Assembly: GCA_963726195.1 (NCBI GenBank)
Contig: CAVSBO010000016.1
Span: forward strand, 64,001 to 128,000
Length of the DNA stretch: 64,000 nt
Reading direction: 5' to 3'
From: Candidatus Thorarchaeota archaeon
Lineage (GTDB): Archaea; Asgardarchaeota; Thorarchaeia; Thorarchaeales; Thorarchaeaceae
Of the stretch, positions 30,795 to 41,562 are shown in pieces. The notes under the pieces were generated by a model. The model did not search any database. It was not told where the DNA came from and worked only from the letters and a program-made list of their open reading frames with translations. The translations under genes and the position numbers were made by a program. Numbering within the stretch: the first letter of the stretch is position 1; each line of letters begins with the position of its first letter.

Positions 30795-31262
30795 CTACAC
30801 TTTCTCGAGCTCTGCAAGAGCAGACTTCAGGTCCTCCTCGTCCAGCTCTTTGCTCTTTGTCGGTGCCATCGGTTCGACTGCCAGAAACTTGTCCAGCTCG
30901 TCTGAAAGCTGCACACCCTGTTTCTTCATAATCAGCCGGATGAGCCCGATATTAACCTCGGCTTCGGAAACAACACATAATACTCCTTTCCCACAGGCGG
31001 AAGCGAAGATTTTGCCTTCTGAAAACTCAGAAGTCACGATTTCAAGTTCTCCAATCTGCAGATTCTTGCCCTGCTCCTCGCTTGCACAGAACACCGCACT
31101 GGCAATGGCACCTATGCTGTCAGTATCGACTGGAAAGTAACTGAGCTTGCTCACGTTCGCTATGGTGAGCCCTGTCTTGTCCACAAGAATGACTTTCTTT
31201 ATCCCCTTGTCTTGGCGGATGATGTCTGTGAGGATCTTGTCGAACACTTTCGGATCGCTCAT
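30795..31262 (-). CDS. Roadblock/LC7 protein with C-terminal acidic helix
   Basis: VILVDKTGLTIA, IGAIASAV, NIGLIRL; tail ELDEEDLKSALAEL. Confidence 0.88.
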   Translation of the reverse strand: MSDPKVFDKILTDIIRQDKGIKKVILVDKTGLTIANVSKLSYFPVDTDSIGAIASAVFCASEEQGKNLQIGELEIVTSEFSEGKIFASACGKGVLCVVSEAEVNIGLIRLIMKKQGVQLSDELDKFLAVEPMAPTKSKELDEEDLKSALAELEKV

Positions 31263-31278
31263 GGCAATGTGTCTCCAT

Positions 31279-31603
31279 TCAGCTTTGTTTCTTGAGGACG
31301 ACTAGTATCAGCCCCTCTTTCACGTCGGGGGCTATGTTGATTTGACCTTTCGTTGTGTCCAAGGTCAGGAAGGACAGAGACCCCTCTCGTCAGCTCTCTA
31401 ACAGCGTCAAGTGCCTTGCCTACGAGAGAAGTTGTGATTGCAGCAATGGTTTCGGTGGTGTCAGGGTCGAGGTCGCTACTAAGTGGGAGGCCTTCCATGT
31501 TGGTAACTACCACGCCTCTCACTCCTGGCTGAGTCTTGAGCTTTGAAATAATTGACCGCAGCTTGTCCTGACTTACCAATTGCTCTATCCTCGTTGCTGT
31601 CAA
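31279..31603 (-). CDS. Roadblock/LC7 protein (frameshift ~31390)
   Basis: GVRGVVVTNMEGLPLSS; corrected frame continues ELREGSLSFLTLDTTKGQINIAPDVKEGLILVVLK. Confidence 0.88.
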
Positions 31604-31782
31604 TTGTGCATTTACCGTCTCCTACGCCACGCTTGGGTATTTGAGACTTGTGGCAACAAGGTCTTCATTTGCGCATTTGTCTTTCGTCGAATGACTTTCA
31701 ATTCCGGCAAAGGAAGCACGAAATAGGACTCTGACAGACCCCCAATGACAAGACCACGCTAGTGGTGCCGCATTTCAGGAGA

Positions 31783-33411
31783 CTACTTCTCCTCTTCTTC
31801 CTCACCAAACAACTCCTTCGATGCGCGCTTCATCTGCCTCAGGTTCTCAGTGAATGCCTGATCAGCAGCGGCTGAAGGTGCACCCACAGGAGCCTGTTTC
31901 ATTTCCGTCTCTTGGCGAGCTATTGTTGCCTCTTCGCCAGCGAGCGCCTTGTCAGCTTTCTTGAAAGCACCCTGTGCGGAAGCCGGAGCAGACTTTGCCT
32001 GCACCTTCATAGCAGCACGGAAATTGGAGATCCTGCTTTTCCCAGCAGCACGAGCACCACCAAACGACTCCTCGCCTGCTTTCTGCACGACGAACGTTGC
32101 ACCAATAGTAGGATCCATAGTCTTCATGATTTCTTTCTGATCTGCGGTCACACGAAGCTTCTTTGTCACAGTACGTAGTCGTCTGGACCCACCTTCGTCA
32201 GTGTATTCGACTTGTACTTGAATCGGTATCTCTTTGGCCTTGATTTTCTCCGATGGCTCCATCTCAAAGTACAGCTCGTGATTCTCTCCTACGACTCCTA
32301 TCTTGCTCTGACTCTTCGTCCTGAGCTCTTCTACGACTGCTCTTGATATACCGGAAGCGTCCTTGATTTTGACACCCTTTGGAGTAATCAACCGGACTTG
32401 CACGTCGCGCCCAAGCAATGATGCACCTGCAAGCTCCGACAAACTCCGGTCGAGTTCGTTTGGTGTCACGTAGTACATCTGGCCACTGGTGGCCTCCGGA
32501 ATCAAACCTAAGGTTTTCAATTCCATCCCAGCACCCGAGGCAATACCAACGACATCGAATGCCACACTTAGATCCTTGAAGCCTCGTCCCAAATCCTCGT
32601 AATAGTTGCCTGCTGGGGTGACTTGGTAACCCTCGAGGGCGCCAATCCCTTCATTGGCCAGCCCATCGGTGAGAAGAACAATCCTGCCGATGCCGCGATG
32701 CTTCGCAATGGCATAGGCCATTCCGACCGCCGGACCAAGGGCAGTTCCACCTTGCTCGCGTAGAGCACCAATGTGGCGCTTCAGACTGCTTGCATCCTTT
32801 CCTACCTTCACAAACTTGATCCAGTCCAGAAGCTTTGTTGTTGCCTCCTCAATAGACTCCAGGTTTTGAAACGATTCTCTTGGGAGTTGTACAGCCTCAC
32901 CGTTTTCCAAGTTACGAAAAAGAACTGAACTCTCAAACTCTATCAATCCGAACAAGGTGTCTGGTGCATTCGCGGCCAAGCTCTCGACTGACGTAGTCAA
33001 GCTTCTTTTCACGGCAGCAAGGTTCGGTCCACCCATTGACCCGGAAACATCGAGAATAGCTAGGAAAGACTGTCCAGCCGAAGGCAAAGAACTGGCTGTT
33101 GTCTCAGTCATGTCAGGAGGCAGCTTGATGACGAAATCTGTATCAGCGCCAGCGGTGAATACCTCTCCCTCAATCACATTCATTGTGCCACAAAACGGGC
33201 AGATGAAGTGCTTTCCTATTCTACGGTCTTCAATAATCTGATCTGGACTCATGAGAAAACCGTTGCACTTCTGGCACGCTATAGGCTTGCCAGTGATATG
33301 AGTAACCTCGCGCGCGAGATCTTTGAACTCAACACGCATCACATAGGGAACGTCACCCATCATATCCCTCGAGGCCGGAAAGGCCTCTGAACTTGTCCTC
33401 AACATAGGCAT
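31783..33411 (-). CDS. Sec23/Sec24-like protein (zinc finger, vWA trunk, beta-sandwich; no gelsolin domain)
   Basis: PIACQKC...FICPFCGTMN, LDVSGSM, GGTALGPA, LTDGLANEGIG, IQVQVEYTD.GGSRRLRTVT. Confidence 0.88.
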   Translation of the reverse strand: MPMLRTSSEAFPASRDMMGDVPYVMRVEFKDLAREVTHITGKPIACQKCNGFLMSPDQIIEDRRIGKHFICPFCGTMNVIEGEVFTAGADTDFVIKLPPDMTETTASSLPSAGQSFLAILDVSGSMGGPNLAAVKRSLTTSVESLAANAPDTLFGLIEFESSVLFRNLENGEAVQLPRESFQNLESIEEATTKLLDWIKFVKVGKDASSLKRHIGALREQGGTALGPAVGMAYAIAKHRGIGRIVLLTDGLANEGIGALEGYQVTPAGNYYEDLGRGFKDLSVAFDVVGIASGAGMELKTLGLIPEATSGQMYYVTPNELDRSLSELAGASLLGRDVQVRLITPKGVKIKDASGISRAVVEELRTKSQSKIGVVGENHELYFEMEPSEKIKAKEIPIQVQVEYTDEGGSRRLRTVTKKLRVTADQKEIMKTMDPTIGATFVVQKAGEESFGGARAAGKSRISNFRAAMKVQAKSAPASAQGAFKKADKALAGEEATIARQETEMKQAPVGAPSAAADQAFTENLRQMKRASKELFGEEEEEK

Positions 33412-33479
33412 GTATTGGATACCTCAGCAGTAGTCTGTCGATTCCCAACTCAGGATTCAGTGTCTTAAGTCAATTGCTG

Positions 33480-34753
33480 GTCAACTACCTGCGACTAAAG
33501 TCGTAGACTTGCCACTGCGATCCGTGGTAGGAACTCTACCTCGTCATTTCGCGCGACGTTCGGGCGGTTGACTTTCGCCCTCCCGACCACAGCACTGCCA
33601 CGGTCGGATATGTTCCTTGCGGCATTAAGGTCTGCGTGAATCGAGAACCCGCACTGCTTGCATGCAAACTCGGAACCGTGCCGATTGCTCTTGGCAACGT
33701 GACCGCACCGCGAGCACCGCTGACTCGTATATCTCGGGTTTACGAAGAGCACCATCTTGCCAGCTTCGAGTGCCTTGTTCTCCACGGCCCGCTCCAGCTG
33801 GTAGTATGCCCAATTGGCGAACTTCTTGCGGGTCTGCTTGCCAATACGATGTTCTTTCTTGCTGCTGGTCTTGATGCCCTTCAGGTCCTCCAAGACAATG
33901 CAATCGAATGGTTTCGCCACTAGCCACGATGCAATCCTGTAGTTCTCTCCAGTCATGAACCGTCTTTCCCGCCCCGCTAGCGATTTGAGCTTTCGCCTGC
34001 AACGACGGGTGCCTTTTGACTGGAGGGATTTCCGCAAGTACTGGTACCTGTATTTCACGTTCTTGATGTGTTTGGAACTGTAGAACGTGTTGTCAGACGC
34101 GACAACTGCATTGTTGATGCCGCGGTCCACGCCTAGAAACTTGACTGGGTGGTCGTTCACGCCGGGATCGGGTATCTCGATGTTCAGAAACGTGATGACC
34201 CTGTCCTTCTTTGCCTTGAGCACGACAGCATTCACGGTAGAGAACTGATATTTCCTGAAATACTCTGGAATGATGAGCGGAAAGGTCTTGCGCCCATCAA
34301 TCGTCGAAATGGAGATTGCGCCACTTTCCAAGAAGGGGGTGAATGTGCGCTGGTTCAGTCGTATCGAAGACATCGGTTTCTTCACTGGCTTCTTGCATTG
34401 CCAGTTCTTTTTCTTCGCTAGTTTCAGCGATGCCAATGCCATGTCACGTGCACATTGCACGAGCGATGACTGCAAGTGTGGCAATCGTTCCCGGATGGAC
34501 GCATAGGTCGCCGCGTGGAGCACGTTCTTGTTGTACGTTCTCGAATTCCATCCAGCGCCCATAACATCGTTCGCCGCGTCGTTGTACTGGCGGATGGTCT
34601 CGACCAGTGATGGGTCGAGCGGCAGAGGGCATTGGATAGTGCGTATCATAACTCGACAATTACCGTGTATTTCATTAGAGCTTAAATCCATGTATTCCCC
34701 AGCGGCGATTCCTCTCCCGACTGAAGTTGGGGGCCTCCTCGCCGCGTTTCTCT
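33480..34753 (-). mobile_element. IS200/IS605-family non-autonomous (IS1341-like) element
   Basis: Left-end hairpin GCGGCGA..CCCGACTGAAGTTGGG..TCGCCGC (~34702-34745) next to TTCAT on the minus strand; right-end hairpin CGACTAAAGTCG ending ...GTAGTTGAC. Confidence 0.85.
33495..34649 (-). CDS. tnpB: TnpB RNA-guided endonuclease, catalytic triad intact
   Basis: GVDRG, VLEDL, CSRCG..CKQCG, HADLNAARNI. Confidence 0.95.
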   Translation of the reverse strand: MIRTIQCPLPLDPSLVETIRQYNDAANDVMGAGWNSRTYNKNVLHAATYASIRERLPHLQSSLVQCARDMALASLKLAKKKNWQCKKPVKKPMSSIRLNQRTFTPFLESGAISISTIDGRKTFPLIIPEYFRKYQFSTVNAVVLKAKKDRVITFLNIEIPDPGVNDHPVKFLGVDRGINNAVVASDNTFYSSKHIKNVKYRYQYLRKSLQSKGTRRCRRKLKSLAGRERRFMTGENYRIASWLVAKPFDCIVLEDLKGIKTSSKKEHRIGKQTRKKFANWAYYQLERAVENKALEAGKMVLFVNPRYTSQRCSRCGHVAKSNRHGSEFACKQCGFSIHADLNAARNISDRGSAVVGRAKVNRPNVARNDEVEFLPRIAVASLRL

Positions 34754-34936
34754 ATGAATTGTACCCGTTCGAGTCCAGAACTCTGTGGTCAGAACAGACT
34801 GAAACAATGTAACTCCGAGCCCATAATGCAAGAAAATCACGACCATACCAGTAGCGGCCTGTGAACAGAGAAGATATAAAGACCCCAGTGACCACTGCCT
34901 GTTCAAAGCAGGCGATGCTCTAGAAGGACAGCCGCG

Positions 34937-35308
34937 ATGGTGGTTGATAAAGCTAAGATAGAAACGGTCGTGGCCCAGACCATGGCAGCAAATGCGGACA
35001 TACAGGGGATTATCGTGTGTGATGACAAGGGCAAGGTGTTGTTTTCACACACGATAACTGCTGGAGTCAAGCACACTGATGTGGCTGCTCTTGCAGTGAA
35101 GATAGCCGCCAACTCTTCGCAGCTCGTAGGTGCTCTTGACAAGGGCACTCTGAGGGAGATCAGTATCGCCTCTGACAAGGGCTTTGTTATCGTTCTTGGC
35201 GATGTTGAACTCGTCCTGACTGCGGTAGCCGGAGAAACAGCAAAGGAATCAATCGGTCTTCTTCGGATAGCATTGAGGCGCGCCCTCCTATCGATGGTTA
35301 AGAAGTGA
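34937..35308 (+). CDS. Roadblock/LC7 protein
   Basis: IQGIIVCDDKGKVL, LDKGTLREISIASDKG, SIGLLRI. Confidence 0.85.
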   Translation: MVVDKAKIETVVAQTMAANADIQGIIVCDDKGKVLFSHTITAGVKHTDVAALAVKIAANSSQLVGALDKGTLREISIASDKGFVIVLGDVELVLTAVAGETAKESIGLLRIALRRALLSMVKK

Positions 35309-35490
35309 ACTGGCCTTTCAGAGCTAGCTTTTTGTAGGTTTCAGTTCCCAAGCAGCCAGAAGAATGTCTAGGTGTCATCCTAGTATCATCGGTGTTATAC
35401 GAACGATATTTAGGTCTCCATATTCCCTAGATATTGAGTCAGCCACGCCGCTTTGGAGACTCTCACCTAGGTAGCCGGACGGATAGTGCC

Positions 35491-38400
35491 TTGGTCTATA
35501 TCGAGAAGCTTGTGTGCAAGGGCTTCAAGTCATTTGGCCGGGACACCGTAACAATTACTCTCAGCTCTGGGTTCAACTGCATTGTGGGGCCAAATGGATC
35601 AGGCAAGTCGAACGTAATCGATGCATTACTGTTCGTCTTGGGACAACTGAGCGCAAAGACGCTCCGTGCGAATGTGTTTTCCGAATTGCTGTATTCTCCA
35701 CCGAAGCCTGACATGCCCCCCAAAGCCTCATCCGCTTTGGTCGAACTGCATTTCAATAACAAGGACAGAAAGCTAGAGATTGATGCAGACAAGGTCGTGA
35801 TAGAAAGACAACTGGATGAATCCGGAAAGTCTGTATGCCGCATAAATGGCAAGATGGTCACCCGGTCCTCTGTCATAGAAGTACTGGGGGGCATCGGAGT
35901 CGACCCAAATGGTTACAATCTGGTTCTGCAGGGCGAAATCGCCCAGATGGTCAAAGTCAATCCAATCGAACGCCGCAAGTTGGTAGAAGAGATTGCTGGC
36001 ATTTCAGCGTATGATGAACAGAAGGAAAAAGCACTCAAGAAACTGGCAGAGAGTGAAACGAATCTAGGCAAGGTCGAAACACAACTGCAAGAACGGCGAC
36101 GACAGACTTGAGCGTCTAGAATCAGAGAGAAAGGACGCGCTGCGTTATAGCTCCGTTCGTGATGGAATACAGCAAACCAGAATCGAGAGCCTCGCTTGGA
36201 CTATAATCAGAGGTGACAGCAGAAGCAAGACAATAGACGAGACTCTCGCGGAGCGAGCTGCAGATGCAGAAGGGCTCGCGAAAGAGCTCACCAAAGTCGA
36301 GAAGAATATGGCAAAGACTGAATCCGAAATCGAGGTGATAGAACAGGATATCGACCAAATCACTGGTGGGGATGCCTCGCGAGTTTCCGAACAGTACGGC
36401 GTGATGTCGGCCGAGGTTGATCACATCAAGGGTGGCCTCGAGCGCGCAAGAAACGACTTTGATAGGACCAAGCAGGAGAGGAATAGCCTCGAATCACAGA
36501 TTGATACAACTAAGGAACAGATAGCATCCAGTGAACAGTCCACAGAGGACAAGGAGAGGGAACTGGCCCGCCTTGAGATAGAAGTCAAGGAGTGCGCGGG
36601 CAGATATTGAGCGGCTCGAACAGCTGCAGGAAAAGGAGCAATCGTCATACTATGATACCACACGAGAACTCCAAGACTTCAACAATCAAATGGCCCACCT
36701 TGATGAGGCGATAGCTGATGTCAGGTCGACAATCAAGTCCGATAACAAGGAACTAGGGTTAGCGTATGAGGAAGTCCGCGATGCGGAGGATACTCTGAAG
36801 AACACCGAGACAGATTTGTCAGAACTGACAGTCATTGCTCCAGCGAGAACGCAGGAACTCCAGAAATCACAGGCAATGGAGGAAGAGAAACGGATCGAAC
36901 TCGAGAGTGTAGAGAAGCTGCTTGCCTCTGCGGAGGCTCAAGTGACTGAATCAGCGAAGTTGGTGGCTTCGACACGAGAAGAAATGATCAAGATACAGGC
37001 TCGACATGACGCGCTGAAAGAAGCAGAGGAAGCATTTCTGAAAAGACAGAGGGCATTGGCGAGGATACTCCAACTTCGTGACAAAGGTGAGATGGAGGGA
37101 ATCCTTGGAACAGTGGCAGAGCTCGGCACCATCAACCCAGATTACGGGACAGCACTAGAGGTGGCCGCGGGTAACAGGTTATCGCATATTGTAGTGGAAG
37201 ACGAAGATGTGGCTACTAGATGCATTGATGTCCTCAAGAAGGAAAGAATAGGGCGTGCATCCTTCATTCCTCTGGGCAGAATAAGGGCACGAAAGCCCGT
37301 CAAGGCTCCTAGCGGAAAGGGAATTATTGGCAATGCACTGGACCTGGTCAAGTTTGATTCAAAGATGCGGCCAGCGTTTGAATTTGTATTCTCAGACACG
37401 GTCGTAACAAAAGACTTCGAGACAGCGAAAGCAGTCAGTCTTAGTAAGCGGAGAGCAGTCTCGCTGGAAGGAGACCTAGTCGAGAGATCAGGCCTGATAA
37501 CTGGGGGATATTTCCACAAAGAAGCGAAAGGACTCTCGCTACAGGAACAGGACACAAGCCCTCAGGTCGTTACTCGCCTCAAGGGGCTCGAGGATATTCT
37601 GTCAGAGCTGCGACAGCAGGAGGAGCAATTAACGGACGGGAAGAAGGACCTCGACAGAGACCTTCAGGAACTTGCCAGACACAACTACAGGGAACGTATC
37701 GAAGTCGAAACACTCGAGCAGAAGCTTGCAGATAGAGAAGCCCGAGCGGAGAGTCTCGGAGAGAAGATCCGTAAGGCGAAAGTCACAATCGATGAACTGG
37801 AGAAGCAGATATCCGAACTGACGGCACGCGATGAAGAACTGACCAGTCAGCGTGACAAGATAAGGGAGCAGAGAGACCGCTGCAATGAGGCGCTTGCAAA
37901 GTCAGACACCGCTCGATTGAACCAAGAAATCAAGGATTTGAAGGAAGTCCTAGAACATCATAGAAGAAATCGTGAAGGCATTCAAAGGGATATCGCTTCG
38001 CTCCGGGTAGCGCTGGACGAGCGATATTCACCTAAACTGGCAGAACTTGTGGCCAGAACAGAATCGCTGGACTCGGTGTTACCAGGAATGGAAGGGGATG
38101 TACAGCTTTCTGAATCGGAACTCGCTGGGAAAGAAACAGAATTTCTCAAGCTGAGATCGGAAAGAGAGAAGATAGATACAGCCGTGAAGGACAAGCGGGT
38201 GCGTCAGCTAAGGCTCAAAGAGACTGTCAGGGACCTTAGGCTCAAGCAGGAAGAGATACGCGAAGCCCAGACATCGAACGAGAAGCTGTGTACCGACTTC
38301 AGGTCGAACGTTCTCGCCTAGAGAATGACTTAGTGGGATTCAAAGCCGAACTCGGTACCATCACTGAAGTGGATGCAGAGCTGGAAAAGAGAGCTGACCA

Positions 38401-39082
38401 GCGTGAGCTGACTGCTAAGGCAATCGAAGACTTGGGCGAGAAGATTAAGGAACTCGAGAGAGAACTTGAAGCGATGGGTCCGGTGAATCTGAAGTCGCTT
38501 ACGGACTATGACGCGGAAAGACAGACCTACGACGAGATAGCCGAGAAGAAGACTCAACTCGAGAAGGAGCACAAGGAGATTCTCTCGTTTATGGAAGAGA
38601 TTGAGAAGGAGAAAACTCAAAAGTTCCTTCAAGTCTATAACGAAATAGCAGACAACTTTTCCAAGGTTTTCGCAAAACTGTCGCCGAGCGGCGAAGCAAA
38701 TCTCATGCTTGAGAATCCCGAGCATCCTCTGATGGGGGGCGTAACTGTCAGGTCAAAGCCGGCAGGCAAGGAACTGGTTTCACTAGACGCCATGAGTGGT
38801 GGTGAAAAGACACTGACCGGGCTGGCATTGATTTTCGCTGTCCAGATGCACAGTCCTGCCAGCTTCTATGTATTTGATGAAATAGATGCAAACCTAGACG
38901 ATGTGAATGCTCACAACGTGGCCGTACTCATTTCGGAGATGTCCAGATCGTCCCAGTTCATAGTTGTATCGCTCAGAGATACCACTGTGCGTAAGGCAGA
39001 CATGCTTATTGGCGTGTCAAATCAAGATGGTATATCTAGGATAGTCGCCGTGGACCTGCAGGAGGTAGCGGAAACGGCTTGA
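35491..39082 (+). CDS. smc: Chromosome segregation protein SMC (several frameshifts)
   Basis: GFKSF, GPNGSGKSN, hinge GRASFIPL/LEGDL..SGLITGG, MSGGEK, FDEIDANLD. Confidence 0.95.
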
Positions 39083-39802
39083 GCGACAGATATGGCTCTC
39101 CGTTTTGGGCGAACCCCCCTTACATTCTGCTAACGGATGTTCTACAGCTTGAAAACATCGAACCTTGGAACGTGGATGTTGGTAAGCTGAATTGCTGGAT
39201 TCCTTCAGGAAATGAGAAGGCTTGGAGACATCGACTTTCGAGTCTCCGGGAATGCTCTCTATTCCGCGTCAGTGATTTTCATGAAAAAGACCCGGGAGCT
39301 CGTCGAACTGGGCCTCATCCAGTCCGAAGTGTCTGAAGAAGAAGAGCAAGAAGTAGTCATTCCCAAGATACTACCTCCATTCAGGCTGAACAACCGTCGA
39401 GTAACCCTCGAAGAGTTGCTCCTAGCAATGGACCGAGTTCTCGGCAAAGGAGTAAGAGAACGTCCGGTACCTATGTCCCGACGACGCAGAGTGGATGTTG
39501 AGCCCTTGGCCTTCGCGACGGAATCAGCCCGGGCGAACATAGAGGAAACGATTGCTGAGGTGTACTCGGACATTTGCAGGATTGTAGGTGTCGGTGAAGT
39601 GATTCGATTCACTGACCTGCTGGTGAACAACACAAGGAAAGAGATAGTCCGCATTTTCTTCTCCATCTTACACCTCTATTCTAGAGCACTGATTGACCTC
39701 TGGATGGACAAGCACGACGTGATCTGGGTCAAACTGATGCCGCCGCCCCAAGAGGAAGAGGCAGGCGAGGAACATGCCAAGCCAGAAGCAATGAGTAGGT
39801 GA
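39079..39802 (+). CDS. scpA: Kleisin ScpA (frameshift ~39190)
   Basis: IEPWNVDV, DFRVSGNAL, RRVTLEELL, FFSILHL; follows smc. Confidence 0.9.
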
Positions 39803-40362
39803 TTTGCTTGCACAATGAGTTGGTGACACTCGAAGCGGCATTGTACGTTGCCGGCAGACCGCTGAGCCTGCAGGAGCTGGCCGATATTATCGGAAAAGCT
39901 GAGTCCACTGCCAAGCAGCTCATAGAAGACCTTGAATTCAAGTATCAAGAACGTGGCGGTGCTCTTGAGATTGCGGAACTGCCAAACAGCAGGTATGTGT
40001 TACAGCTCAGGCCTGAATTAACGTCACGAGTCGGGAAGCTTATACCCGGAGGACTGCTCTCGTTTGGTACTCTCCAGACTCTTGTCTACATAGCTTTGAA
40101 ACAGCCAATCCTCCAGTCGGATCTCGTATTCCAAAGAGGAACCCACGTCTACGACCACGTCAAAGAACTGGAAGATAAGAAATTCATATCGGCCACTCCC
40201 GAAGGACGAAGCAAGGTGTTGATAACAACTCCATTGTTCTCCGACTATTTCGGCCTTGATGCTGACGTAATCCGCATGAAAGCAGAATTGAGCTTCAAGA
40301 TGAAGAAGATAAGGGAAGATCAGAGTGACGCCGAAGGCGGGCCTGTTGCTGCCAGTGATTAG
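39799..40362 (+). CDS. scpB: ScpB
   Basis: LEAALYVAGRPLS, TLVYIALKQPI, TTPLFSDYFGL. Confidence 0.93.
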   Translation: MICLHNELVTLEAALYVAGRPLSLQELADIIGKAESTAKQLIEDLEFKYQERGGALEIAELPNSRYVLQLRPELTSRVGKLIPGGLLSFGTLQTLVYIALKQPILQSDLVFQRGTHVYDHVKELEDKKFISATPEGRSKVLITTPLFSDYFGLDADVIRMKAELSFKMKKIREDQSDAEGGPVAASD

Positions 40363-41378
40363 CAGACCCGAGGAATCGGCTCGCCCAATGGAATTTGCAG
40401 AACCATTCTTCCTCCTACACCAGTCTTCATGAGCACTCTTGAATCTCCTTTTCGCGCCTTTCCAATGACACACGCGTTTTCTGTTGTCTTGAATCTTGCA
40501 AGCGCATCCAGAATACAATCTGTGGCCGATGGGTCCGCTGCTATGATTGCTCTGCCCTCACACGCTATGTGGAAAGGACTGAGGCCTAGGATGTCACATA
40601 AAGACTGCACTGCAGTGCTTACAGGCACAAGGGTCTCATCTATCTCTATTTCCACACGCGATTTCGATGCAAATTCATTCAGGGCAACCGCAAGCCCACC
40701 GCGGGTAGGATCCTTCATCGCATGAATACGAAGACCAGCGACATCAAGACAATCATGAATAGGTTCCCACAGAGGCGCGACATCGCTGGTGAGATTGGTT
40801 TCGAACTTCAGCCCCTCCCTATGGGCCAACAAAGCTGTACCATGGTCACCAATGGGTCCAGTGACGATAACATCGTCGCCTGCCTTGACTCCTGCGTCTG
40901 CAATCGGCGAATTCAGGTAAAGCATACCGATACCAGTTGTCGACATCACAAGCCCATCAAGTGCACCCTTCGGCATAACCTTGGTATCTCCCGCTATCAT
41001 TGCAATCCCAAGCGGTTCTATAACGCTGTTCATCGACCTTAGAATTTCGCGAAGAATATCAATCTCGAAACCCTCCTCGACGACAATCGTGTTTGTCATT
41101 GCAAGGGGAGATGCTCCCATGACTGCAAGGTCGTTTATCGTGCCACATGCAGCCAGTGTTCCAAGGTTGCCACCCGGGAAGAAAAGGGGCTGAACAGTGT
41201 GCGCGTCTGCGGTCACTATTAGACCTGTGCTACCGACCGGAAGCGTTGCGCCGTCGTCCATCTCATCGAGCCCGATGCTGCCAAGCTTTCGGAGGCCAAA
41301 GGAAGGAATAATCACTTCCTCCAGCAGACGCTGCATAATCTTTCCGCCAGCACCGTGCGCCATCTCTATCTTCGCCAT
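40359..41378 (-). CDS. hypE: Hydrogenase maturation protein HypE
   Basis: HGAGG, PLFFPGGNLG, GDTKV, DPTRGG, C-terminal PRVC. Confidence 0.97.
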   Translation of the reverse strand: MAKIEMAHGAGGKIMQRLLEEVIIPSFGLRKLGSIGLDEMDDGATLPVGSTGLIVTADAHTVQPLFFPGGNLGTLAACGTINDLAVMGASPLAMTNTIVVEEGFEIDILREILRSMNSVIEPLGIAMIAGDTKVMPKGALDGLVMSTTGIGMLYLNSPIADAGVKAGDDVIVTGPIGDHGTALLAHREGLKFETNLTSDVAPLWEPIHDCLDVAGLRIHAMKDPTRGGLAVALNEFASKSRVEIEIDETLVPVSTAVQSLCDILGLSPFHIACEGRAIIAADPSATDCILDALARFKTTENACVIGKARKGDSRVLMKTGVGGRMVLQIPLGEPIPRVC

Positions 41379-41562
41379 TCACGCACCTCTGTCCGCGCTC
41401 TACCATCATTGGTCCTGCTCGTTGTATTTGAAGGGAATGCTTTGTACAGCCGAAAAGAGCGCCGCCGTTTCGATAGTTCTTTGAATGGTGGGCATATATA
41501 GTCACAGGCCGTCACATAGGCTACAGAACGAGCGCATCGTCGCGAGCGAGGATGATGTTCCA

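Noticed and set aside
34682-34906. 74-aa ORF as a membrane protein
   Set aside because: Runs into the IS left end and overlaps the roadblock promoter (GATATAAA ~34875); probably spurious
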